IMG/VR virus record: IMGVR_UViG_3300045391_002463
Strand: one strand, 5' to 3'
From: a virus
Length of the DNA: 60,341 nucleotides
In this document: positions 7,869-14,685 of the stretch, piece after piece
Layout: each line of letters starts with the position of its first letter
How positions within the stretch are numbered: position 1 is the first letter of the stretch
The notes under the pieces: generated by a model
Seen by the model: the letters and a program-made list of their open reading frames with translations, nothing else
Told to the model about the DNA's origin: nothing
Database searches by the model: none
Made by a program: the position numbers and the translations under genes

Positions 7869-8867
7869 ATGGCCGACCTTCCCTTCCCGCGCTCGCTGCC
7901 CGAGTTCCAGAAGCTGTTCCCCGATGACGCGGCGTGCGCGGCCTATCTGGAGGCGGCCAAGTGGCGCGAAGGGTTCGTCTGCGCCCACTGCGGAACCGCT
8001 GGCGAGCCCTTCCGCTTCGAGGCGCGGCCCGGTGTGCTGCGTTGCCGGAAATGCCGAAAAGACAATCGCTTGACCGCCGGAACGGTCATGGAGGGCACAC
8101 ACACGCCGCTCAATGTTTGGTTCTGGGCGGCCTACCTCGTTAGCAGCCAGACGCCCGGCATGAGCGCGGTCCAATTCCAGCGCCAGCTTGGGCTCAGCCG
8201 CTACGAAACCGCCTTCCAAATCCTTCACAAGCTGCGCGCCGCGATGGTGCGCCCGGACTCGGATCGGATCGGCCAGATTGAAGATCACGTCGAGGTCGAT
8301 GAGGCCTGGATCGGCGGCAAGACGCGCGGCGAAGGCCGGGGCGTCCATGACCAAACCCTGATCGCCTGCGCCGTCGAAGTCCGCCAGCGCGACCCGGCCT
8401 CGCCGCTCAACAAGCGCAAGGGTGGCAGGATCGCTGGGCGCATCCGTCTGTCCGTTGTCGATGACCGCACCGCCAAGTCGCTCTGTGGCTTCGTGGAAGC
8501 CGCCGTGAACCCGAGCACGATGGTCGTGACAGACGGGTGGAACGGCTACGCCAGCCTCGCCAAGCGGGGCTATGAGCACCTGTCCTGCGCCGAGAACGAT
8601 GACCCCCAGGTCGCCGAGGACTACCTGCCCATGGTCCACATGGTCTTCTCGAACCTGAAGACCTGGCTCAAGGGCACGCACCATGGCGTGAGCCCCCAGC
8701 ACCTTCAGGCCTACCTCAACGAGTTCACCTTCCGCTTCAACCGCCGCCACTACCCGTTCAACAGCTTCCGCTCGTTGCTCGGGCTCGCTGGCGGCAACGA
8801 GGCTCCCACCTATGCCAGCCTGTATTCGGGCGATTGGCACCATCCTAAATGTGGTGGTCATGGGTGA
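7869..8867 (+). CDS. IS1595-family (ISXO2-like) DDE transposase
   Basis: 332 aa. It has an N-terminal zinc ribbon (CAHCG...CRKCR), then DEAWIGG, VVTDGWNGY and YLNEFTFRFNRR, typical of IS1595 transposases. Confidence 0.85.
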   Translation: MADLPFPRSLPEFQKLFPDDAACAAYLEAAKWREGFVCAHCGTAGEPFRFEARPGVLRCRKCRKDNRLTAGTVMEGTHTPLNVWFWAAYLVSSQTPGMSAVQFQRQLGLSRYETAFQILHKLRAAMVRPDSDRIGQIEDHVEVDEAWIGGKTRGEGRGVHDQTLIACAVEVRQRDPASPLNKRKGGRIAGRIRLSVVDDRTAKSLCGFVEAAVNPSTMVVTDGWNGYASLAKRGYEHLSCAENDDPQVAEDYLPMVHMVFSNLKTWLKGTHHGVSPQHLQAYLNEFTFRFNRRHYPFNSFRSLLGLAGGNEAPTYASLYSGDWHHPKCGGHG

Positions 8868-8883
8868 AAACCGGATAGGCATG

Positions 8884-8891
8884 ATCCAGTG
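8884..8891. repeat. Target-site duplication ATCCAGTG, right copy
   Basis: Identical to 7227-7234. It supplies the GTG start of xis. Confidence 0.85.
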
Positions 8892-9146
8892 AACGCCCCG
8901 CGCCTGCTCACCGAGCGCGCCGCTGCCGAATACCTGTCCATCCCGGTCGCCGGGGTGCGCAGGATAGCGGCTGGCCGCGTGGTGCTCGATGGGCGGGTGC
9001 GCTGGGATCGGCTGGCGCTGGACGAGTGGCTTGACGCCATGCGCGGGCGTGCCCCAACGTCGGCCGCCAACCAGAACCAGACCAAGGCCGATGCCGCGCT
9101 CGCCGAGTGGCTTGCAGACCAGACGAATGCTGCCCGGAGTTCATAA
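8889..9146 (+). CDS. xis: excisionase / AlpA-type HTH protein
   Basis: 85 aa with a GTG start. LLTERAAAEYLSIPVAGVRRIAAG is an HTH, and the gene lies directly upstream of and overlapping int. Confidence 0.65.
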   Translation: MNAPRLLTERAAAEYLSIPVAGVRRIAAGRVVLDGRVRWDRLALDEWLDAMRGRAPTSAANQNQTKADAALAEWLADQTNAARSS

Positions 9147-10188
9147 GGTCCGGGTGAGGCTGGCCACGGGGCGCGCCGAGTATTGGTACGCCTGGCGGGG
9201 CGGTCCGCGCATCCTCGCGTGCAAGGCCAAGACCGCTGAGGATCTGGCGCGGATGGTGGATGCTGCGGCGCCCGCAGCCATCGCGCAGTTCAAGGTGCTG
9301 GTACAGCCGCCTTCGGCCGATGCCTTCGTTTCCGGCCTGATCACGAAGTTCCTGGACAGCCCAGCGTATTTGGGGCTCGGCGCCACGCGGCGATCCGACC
9401 TATCCCGTTATCTGGACGCGGCGCGGACCGGTGTAGGCACAATGCCCTTAGAGGCCCTGGCGTCGGCAGGGACGCGCAAGGTCCTGCTCGACTGGCGGGA
9501 CAAGTTCAAGGCCACGCCATGCACGGCCGACAACCGTCTCGGCGCCCTCGCGCAAGTGCTCGCCTGGGCGAAGAAGGACGGACTGATCACGGTCAACCCG
9601 CTGGAGGAATGGCCCCGCATCTACAAGGTCGACCGCGCCGACATCATCTGGACGAAGCCCGACCTGATCCGGTTGCTCACCGGGGCCGATGCCGATTTCC
9701 GGAGAGCTGTCCTGCTGGCGGCCTTCACGGGCCTTCGCCTCGGTGATCTGGTCAAGGTGACCTGGGCCAACGTTGGCAAGGACGCGATCACGCTGGCCAC
9801 ATCCAAGAGCAACGGCAAGCGGGTGGTCGTGATCCCGATCACGCCAAAGACCAGGGCCATCCTCAAGCAGATCGGGCGCAAGGATGTCGGGACGGTGCTC
9901 ACCCACTCGCGCGGCAAGCCCTGGACCGGCTGGGGCCTGCAGACGGCCATGCAGCGGGCGAAGAACCGGCCGGGCCAAGACATCGAGGGCCTGCGCTTCC
10001 ATGACCTGCGGGGCACAGCCGCCACCCACTTCATCCGGGCCGGTCTGCCCATGGCCGATGTCGCGACCATAATGGGATGGGCGCCGGCTCAGGTGGAGGC
10101 GATTGCCCGGCGCTACGTCACGTCGGAAGCGGTTGCAGCGGGCATGTTGGAGCGGCTAAGGAAGAACAAAGGCGGGGCGCGTTTGTAA
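9127..10188 (+). CDS. int: tyrosine integrase
   Basis: Start at ATG 9127 inside track ORF 8989..10188. It has LLAAFTGLRLGDL (Arg), HDLRGTAATH (HxxR) and a C-terminal RRYV (Tyr). attP lies immediately downstream. Confidence 0.9.
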   Translation: MLPGVHKVRVRLATGRAEYWYAWRGGPRILACKAKTAEDLARMVDAAAPAAIAQFKVLVQPPSADAFVSGLITKFLDSPAYLGLGATRRSDLSRYLDAARTGVGTMPLEALASAGTRKVLLDWRDKFKATPCTADNRLGALAQVLAWAKKDGLITVNPLEEWPRIYKVDRADIIWTKPDLIRLLTGADADFRRAVLLAAFTGLRLGDLVKVTWANVGKDAITLATSKSNGKRVVVIPITPKTRAILKQIGRKDVGTVLTHSRGKPWTGWGLQTAMQRAKNRPGQDIEGLRFHDLRGTAATHFIRAGLPMADVATIMGWAPAQVEAIARRYVTSEAVAAGMLERLRKNKGGARL

Positions 10189-10383
10189 AATGGGTCAGAC
10201 CATTTGTAAAACGCCAGCCGCCACACTGGAAAAGCCCAAGCTTTTCAACTGGTCCCGTAGCTCAGCCGGATAGAGCAGGGCTTTCCTAAAGCGACGGTTA
10301 TTCAATGAAATCAAAGGCTGTGCTGTAAAAGATCGGCGGATGTTCACGCTTTGCCCTTTACGGGCAGGCGAGAATTGTAAAAC
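10182..10383 (+). other. attP region: tRNA-derived core flanked by four direct TGTAAAA arm-type repeats
   Basis: TTTGTAAAA at 10182-10190, TTTGTAAAAC at 10203-10212, CTGTAAAAG at 10323-10331 and TTGTAAAAC at 10375-10383. Two repeats lie on each side of the core at 10251-10292. The segment is AT-rich and sits next to int. Confidence 0.7.
10251..10292 (+). other. 5' half of a tRNA-Arg(CCT) gene (attP core), not a complete tRNA
   Basis: GGTCCCG TA GCTC AGCCGGATA GAGC A GGGCT TTCCTAA AGC gives the acceptor 5' strand, D arm, anticodon stem 5' strand and a loop with CCT. Similarity to a tRNA ends at 10292 and no T arm follows. Confidence 0.75.
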
Positions 10384-10391
10384 GTCGGAGC

Positions 10392-10631
10392 ATGGCTCTC
10401 CTGACCTTGGGCTACCTCTTAACCGAAGATCCCAACCGCTCCATCCGCTTCACCTGCCGCAACCCCCGCTGCCGGAACCGGCTGGCCGTGGACAAGCCGC
10501 TAGGCGAGATGGTCGTCGCGTTCGGCGAGACCCGGACCCTCAAGTCCCTCAAGGGCCGGTGCAAATGGTGCGACCGATCCGATCTGGTCGAGGTGAGCGT
10601 CTGGCGGAACACCTGGAGTGGGCCGAAGTGA
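10392..10631 (+). CDS. small zinc-ribbon-like protein
   Basis: 79-aa track ORF with CRNPRC and CKWC pairs. It would be the first gene inside the prophage left end. Confidence 0.45.
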   Translation: MALLTLGYLLTEDPNRSIRFTCRNPRCRNRLAVDKPLGEMVVAFGETRTLKSLKGRCKWCDRSDLVEVSVWRNTWSGPK

Positions 10632-10632
10632 G

Positions 10633-10896
10633 CTAGGCCAGGCTCGGCTCGAAGTCGCTGTCGATCTCGACGGGTTCGGGCTCGAGGTCCGGATCGCCGT
10701 CGAGCCTGTCGAGCTTGGCGATGGCGCGCTCGATGCGCGCCTCGGCCCGGACCCGCCGTTCGGCCCGGCTCAGGCGTCTGATCGGCGCCCCCTCCTCCCG
10801 CAACCCCAACGCAACCGCCAGCGACGCCTGCAACGGCCCCTCAGGCCTCCAAACCTCCGCGATATGACGGAGATTAAGCGCTTCTCCCATGTCCAC
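10633..10896 (-). CDS. hypothetical protein
   Basis: 87-aa track ORF with an acidic C-terminus. Confidence 0.45.
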   Translation of the reverse strand: MDMGEALNLRHIAEVWRPEGPLQASLAVALGLREEGAPIRRLSRAERRVRAEARIERAIAKLDRLDGDPDLEPEPVEIDSDFEPSLA

Positions 10897-10956
10897 GTCC
10901 CCCGACGCCTTGGCCCTATCGCTACACGCATCAGGCGAGTGGTCAAGGTTGTTGGG

Positions 10957-11241
10957 TCACTTCGGGAGGCGATCCTTGAACACCTCCAGTTGATCAGCGA
11001 GCTGACGGGTCCAGGCCGCGGCCTGGCGGCTGCCGGCGATCTCGTCTTCCGCCTCGTGAAGTGGCCGGCCGAAGTCAAGCGGCCAGCCCTTCACCGGCCC
11101 GGAGAACACGTCGGCGACCCAGTGCAAGACCTTGATCATCTGGTCCCGGTCCGTCGGGGCCTGCAACAGGAACCAGGCCAAGGCGAGCAGCTTGACGACG
11201 GATAGGGCGGCGGTGGGCGGCGGTAATCTGGCTTCGGACAT
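10957..11241 (-). CDS. hypothetical membrane-anchored protein
   Basis: 94-aa track ORF with an N-terminal hydrophobic stretch (VVKLLALAWFLL). Confidence 0.45.
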   Translation of the reverse strand: MSEARLPPPTAALSVVKLLALAWFLLQAPTDRDQMIKVLHWVADVFSGPVKGWPLDFGRPLHEAEDEIAGSRQAAAWTRQLADQLEVFKDRLPK

Positions 11242-11406
11242 TGGGCGAACTCCCTACGCGACTGGAGCCCTCCCCTTCACAGCGCGCGATGAACGCTTCC
11301 TAAGCGGGAGCGCTGCAAGAAAACGCTCACCGGTTCTCCAAGTGACTTGTACGATAAGGAAACCGCCATAGACGGAGGGCTTTCGGGTGCGTTACCGCCC
11401 TAGGCC

Positions 11407-11661
11407 ATGGATCAGCTTCACCCGTGGCAGCGGCGTGTGAGGGAGGTCGGCTTGACGCAAGCCCGCCTCGCCCGCCTGCTCGGAGTGAGCGAGAACGCCG
11501 TATCCGAGGCCCTGCGCGGCAAGTACGGCGACGTCCCCGATTACCTGATCGCCACCATCGAAGCCTGGGGCATCATGACGCCTGAGCAGCAGCAGCGCCT
11601 CGAGGCGCGGATGGCGGCGATCCGCGCTGGCCAAGGGCCCGAGGCGACCGACAAGCCCTGA
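11407..11661 (+). CDS. HTH DNA-binding protein
   Basis: 84-aa track ORF. GLTQARLARLLGVSENAVSEALRG is an HTH motif. Confidence 0.6.
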   Translation: MDQLHPWQRRVREVGLTQARLARLLGVSENAVSEALRGKYGDVPDYLIATIEAWGIMTPEQQQRLEARMAAIRAGQGPEATDKP

Positions 11662-11664
11662 ACG

Positions 11665-11703
11665 CAAAAAGGCCCCCGCCAGCCCTTTCGGACCAGCGGG
11701 GGC
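11665..11703 (-). terminator. rho-independent terminator at the end of the late/lysis operon
   Basis: 8-bp stem GCCCCCGC (11672-11679) / GCGGGGGC (11696-11703). The A5 run at 11666-11670 is a T-run after the hairpin on the minus strand. Confidence 0.65.
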
Positions 11704-11783
11704 GCGAGGTGCGGCGCGGGAGGGAACGGCGCCGGAGGGGGTTCTGCCAGGAGCGGCGGCTCAACCGGCTGAGGTCGTCCGCA

Positions 11784-11936
11784 TCATCTCTGTTCGTCGG
11801 GGCGATCGGGCGGATCGGCCTCAGCCTCGTAGGCCTCCACGACCTTCATGAGGTCGCCCCAGACCAGCGAGCCTGGATACCAGCCGATGGACTCGGCGGC
11901 GCGCTGCAGGCGTTCACGGTCGATCTTGTGGCTCAT
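11784..11936 (-). CDS. small hypothetical protein
   Basis: 50-aa ORF not in the track (MSHKIDRERLQRAAESIGWYPG...). GGAGG lies upstream and there is an ATGA overlap with the preceding ORF. Confidence 0.45.
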   Translation of the reverse strand: MSHKIDRERLQRAAESIGWYPGSLVWGDLMKVVEAYEAEADPPDRPDEQR

Positions 11937-12055
11937 CGGGACCTCCATGGATCAGGAGCAGCCGGCGGCTTCGCCATGTTCCAGAACGAGGCCGCCAGCC
12001 AGTACAGGAGCCCGACCGCTGTTCCGGTCAGGATCAGGGTCGGGATGAGGGGCAT
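11933..12055 (-). CDS. small single-pass membrane peptide
   Basis: 40-aa ORF not in the track (MPLIPTLILTGTAVGLLYWLAASFW...). Confidence 0.4.
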   Translation of the reverse strand: MPLIPTLILTGTAVGLLYWLAASFWNMAKPPAAPDPWRSR

Positions 12056-12058
12056 GGG

Positions 12059-12361
12059 TCAGGCGGCGGCTTGCACGGCGTGGATGAACACGCCGGCCTG
12101 GTTGTAGAGCGCCACCAGGGCGCTGACGAAGGCCGAGATCGCGGCCATCACCAGATGCATCGGCGCGGCCAGACCGGGGATCACGCTGTTGACGAACACC
12201 TCGGCGGCGTTGAGCACGGCAGTCAGCTTGTCCGGCCCGGTCAGGCTCTTGTTCTCCACCGCCACGACGGTCGAGGAGATGAAGGCCAGCACGGCGGGAA
12301 CGTCCTTTTCGGCTTCGGCCAGGACGGTGGCGAGGGTCGCAGCAGCAGCGGCGAGGTTCAT
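12059..12361 (-). CDS. hydrophobic membrane protein (holin-like or moron)
   Basis: 100-aa track ORF with several hydrophobic segments. Confidence 0.45.
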   Translation of the reverse strand: MNLAAAAATLATVLAEAEKDVPAVLAFISSTVVAVENKSLTGPDKLTAVLNAAEVFVNSVIPGLAAPMHLVMAAISAFVSALVALYNQAGVFIHAVQAAA

Positions 12362-12440
12362 GGGGGATGTTCCTTGGCCTCGGAGGTGACGGCCGCCGGC
12401 GCGAGGCCGGGCGTGGGCGGCTATTCGGGGGCGGAAACGG

Positions 12441-12471
12441 CAACGGCCGCTCGGGTGAGGAGCGGCCGTTG
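12441..12471 (-). terminator. strong intra-operon hairpin (terminator or attenuator)
   Basis: Perfect 12-bp stem CAACGGCCGCTC / GAGCGGCCGTTG with a 7-nt loop. It is followed on the minus strand by CCGTTTCC. Confidence 0.45.
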
Positions 12472-12511
12472 CAGAGACCTCAGTCGAGGTCGTCGATGGG
12501 CGGATCGTAGG

Positions 12512-12706
12512 TCATTCGCTTCGCCCTATGCGCGACGGGAGGAACCGAGGCCGCGCAAGTTCTTCCGGGTCCGGGTCTTTCGCCAGATACTCGCGGAAAT
12601 CGGCCAGAAGACCGTCCAGGCGGGGCTTGGCTTGGCAGTTGCACCGATCATCGCCGCAATAGGCGAGGCAGTACTTTTCGACGACAGACGCGGGCGCGAG
12701 GCTCAT
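12512..12706 (-). CDS. small Cys-rich protein
   Basis: 64-aa track ORF containing YCLAYCGDDRCNC. Confidence 0.45.
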   Translation of the reverse strand: MSLAPASVVEKYCLAYCGDDRCNCQAKPRLDGLLADFREYLAKDPDPEELARPRFLPSRIGRSE

Positions 12707-13260
12707 TGGACCTCCTGCGGAGCGGGGGTGAAGTCGACGTAGTAGGCGCGGCCGCGCTCCAGAGCCGCCAAGACGCCCTCATTGCGGACGTGCGTGGTCA
12801 GGTCGAAGCTCGGCGTGTATTGGCCGAAGATGAGGTTTTCCTCGGCGCCGTTCGGATCGCACGTGGGCGGACAGACCGCGCCGAACCGAAGGCGCTCGCC
12901 GTCCATGACATAGTTGGCGGGGTCAGCCGGATCGACCCAAGTATAGTCGCGGTCCTGATAGTTCTTGCGGACCTCGGTGTTGCCCTTGGCTTTCGTCCAG
13001 TCAGCGAGGCTGACGGCTTGCTCTCGGCCGTGGAGCACGACCTTGCAGCGCATGACCTTGCCGGGCAGTGCGCCCTCGTAGGGGATGAACACGGCATTCG
13101 CGCCGTTCTCGCGCTCGGCGAAGGCCAACGCCGCGGCCGCGCCAGCTGCCAACTCGACGGCCTTGAACTCGCCCACCTCCTTGGTGGACGTGTCGTCGTG
13201 GGCCGTGACGATATAGCGGGTCACCGCGCGGACGCGGTATTCGACGTTGCGTTCAGACAT
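12703..13260 (-). CDS. hypothetical protein
   Basis: Start at ATG 13260 (AAGGAA upstream) inside track ORF 12703..13365. Confidence 0.55.
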   Translation of the reverse strand: MSERNVEYRVRAVTRYIVTAHDDTSTKEVGEFKAVELAAGAAAALAFAERENGANAVFIPYEGALPGKVMRCKVVLHGREQAVSLADWTKAKGNTEVRKNYQDRDYTWVDPADPANYVMDGERLRFGAVCPPTCDPNGAEENLIFGQYTPSFDLTTHVRNEGVLAALERGRAYYVDFTPAPQEVQ

Positions 13261-13343
13261 GGGAGTTCCTTTCGACGGCCGCAGCCGCCTATCTGCCGAC
13301 CGATGGCCGTCGGCTCGCCATCGGCGGCAGGTTCGCCACAGAT

Positions 13344-13664
13344 TCAGTGAGGGGTTGAGCACCAATCGCGGGCGTCAGAAGCCCGTCGCCAGCCGTCGCG
13401 GGCGTACACCGCCAGCGAGTGCAGGAACTGCCCGTACAGCGCCACGGCGGCGCTCGCGGCGGCATCCTGGGGCGCGGGGAAGCCTGCGCCGGCCGGGAGG
13501 GTCGGAAACGGCGGAGTGTCGGCCAGGAGGCTCCCGGGGCAGACGGGCTTGGCCGAGGCCTGGGGCGGCGCTGGGGCGGGTTTCGGGCCGCCGAGGCTGA
13601 TCAGGCTCATGTGCCCGCAGCCGGCCAGCAGGAGGGCGGCCAGGGCGATGACGAGGGCGCGCAT
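13344..13664 (-). CDS. outer-membrane lipoprotein, o-spanin-like
   Basis: 106 aa. MRALVIALAALLLAGC is a signal peptide with a lipobox, and the gene sits downstream of the endolysin. Confidence 0.55.
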   Translation of the reverse strand: MRALVIALAALLLAGCGHMSLISLGGPKPAPAPPQASAKPVCPGSLLADTPPFPTLPAGAGFPAPQDAAASAAVALYGQFLHSLAVYARDGWRRASDARDWCSTPH

Positions 13665-13668
13665 CTGG

Positions 13669-13761
13669 CTAATCCCCCTTCGCCACGATCAGCACCGCGC
13701 ACACCAAGCAGGCGGTGAGCACGTCGACGAATATCCAGCCGAGGATGTGGACGACGATCAT
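13669..13761 (-). CDS. tiny transmembrane peptide
   Basis: 30-aa ORF (MIVVHILGWIFVDVLTACLVCAVLIVAKGD) with an ATGA overlap to the upstream stop. Confidence 0.35.
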   Translation of the reverse strand: MIVVHILGWIFVDVLTACLVCAVLIVAKGD

Positions 13762-14090
13762 TGCATGATGGCCCTGATCTGGTCGGCCGTGATTAGCGGT
13801 TGCGGCTGGCCGGCGGCGGCCGGCACGGGCCGGCTCGCGGCGGCAACGGCGGCGGCAGATCGGCCGGCGGCGGCGATCTCAGCACTGCAGCTCTGTTGCT
13901 GGCGGTTCGCCGCGGTCGTGTCCGCCGCCAGCGCTCCAGCTTGGGCATGAGCCGTGACCTTGGCCGCCTCCCCCGCCTGGATGGCCGACCACGCGTGCGC
14001 CCAGATGATCGGACCGCCGAAGTACGCGCCCGCGCCGATCACGGCGACCCAGGCGAGCCCGATGATCAGATGCTCGAGGAACTTGCCCAC
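13758..14090 (-). CDS. N-terminally anchored periplasmic protein, i-spanin-like
   Basis: GTG start at 14090 with GGAGG upstream. A TM segment (LIIGLAWVAVIGAGAYF) is followed by an Ala/Gln-rich region. It lies inside track ORF 13758..14318. Confidence 0.45.
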   Translation of the reverse strand: MGKFLEHLIIGLAWVAVIGAGAYFGGPIIWAHAWSAIQAGEAAKVTAHAQAGALAADTTAANRQQQSCSAEIAAAGRSAAAVAAASRPVPAAAGQPQPLITADQIRAIMQ

Positions 14091-14091
14091 G

Positions 14092-14673
14092 TCAGACCTC
14101 CAGGGCTTTGCGGGTGAGGTCGGCGGCGAAGGCCAAGCCGTCGGTCCAGACGTTCGGCGGCTGGAGCCCGACCTGAAGGAGATGCAGGACGCGGGCATAG
14201 GTCTCGCCGCGCGTCGTCTTCCCGTCGCGGTTGGTGTCGAGGCCAATGTTTTGCAGATACCGCTTCGGGTGGTCGGGATCGGCCTTGTCGAAGCAGACAT
14301 AGCTGTCCGGCTTGCCAATCATCGCCGGCCAGATCACGGCGCCGTAGAGATCGCCAACGTTGTGGAGGCGCCCAGTCCACGGCCTGAAATACTCGGCCAC
14401 GCACTCAAGCTGTGCCTCGGCCGACATGGCCCCCAGATCGGCGACCGTCGTCCCCAAGCTCGCCGCCGTCTGAGGCATGAACTGGATCAGGCCCACGGCG
14501 CCAGAACCCGCGGCGTTGCGGATCGCGGGGCTGAACGTTTGACCGGTCTCGAAGGCCATCGCGCTCATGAGCCAGGATGCGCAATCGGGATCAGGTGATA
14601 GGCCAGCGGCGATCTCCTGCACACGCGAGCGGAAGGCCGCGCTGACGTGCGCGCCCCAGGCGAGGTCGGTCAT
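14092..14673 (-). CDS. endolysin, lytic-transglycosylase-like
   Basis: 193 aa. SAMAFETGQTFSP and GAVGLIQFMPQTA resemble the SLT catalytic Glu region. It sits next to the spanin-like genes. Confidence 0.7.
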   Translation of the reverse strand: MTDLAWGAHVSAAFRSRVQEIAAGLSPDPDCASWLMSAMAFETGQTFSPAIRNAAGSGAVGLIQFMPQTAASLGTTVADLGAMSAEAQLECVAEYFRPWTGRLHNVGDLYGAVIWPAMIGKPDSYVCFDKADPDHPKRYLQNIGLDTNRDGKTTRGETYARVLHLLQVGLQPPNVWTDGLAFAADLTRKALEV

Positions 14674-14685
14674 GGCTGGATGTCC

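Larger units (their letters stand above)
7235..8883 (+). mobile_element. IS1595-family insertion sequence (1649 bp) with three small passenger ORFs
   Basis: Terminal inverted repeats CATGACTATCCGGTT (7235-7249) and AACCGGATAGGCATG (8869-8883) match at 14 of 15 positions. They are flanked by an 8-bp direct repeat and enclose an IS1595-type transposase. Confidence 0.85.

Noticed and set aside
6999-8882. 627-aa minus-strand ORF, the longest ORF in this part of the window
   Set aside because: It lies antisense to the IS1595 transposase and neighbouring plus-strand genes. Its translation is R/G/A/H/P-rich with no recognisable motif, which marks it as a typical high-GC shadow ORF.
10251-10292. A functional tRNA-Arg gene
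   Set aside because: Only the 5' 41-42 nt are tRNA-like. No anticodon-stem 3' strand, T arm or acceptor 3' strand follows.
11389-11393. A single GTTAC upstream of the 11407 HTH gene as a third operator
   Set aside because: It is an isolated pentamer without the 10-bp-spaced partner seen at the two operator clusters, so it is compatible with chance.
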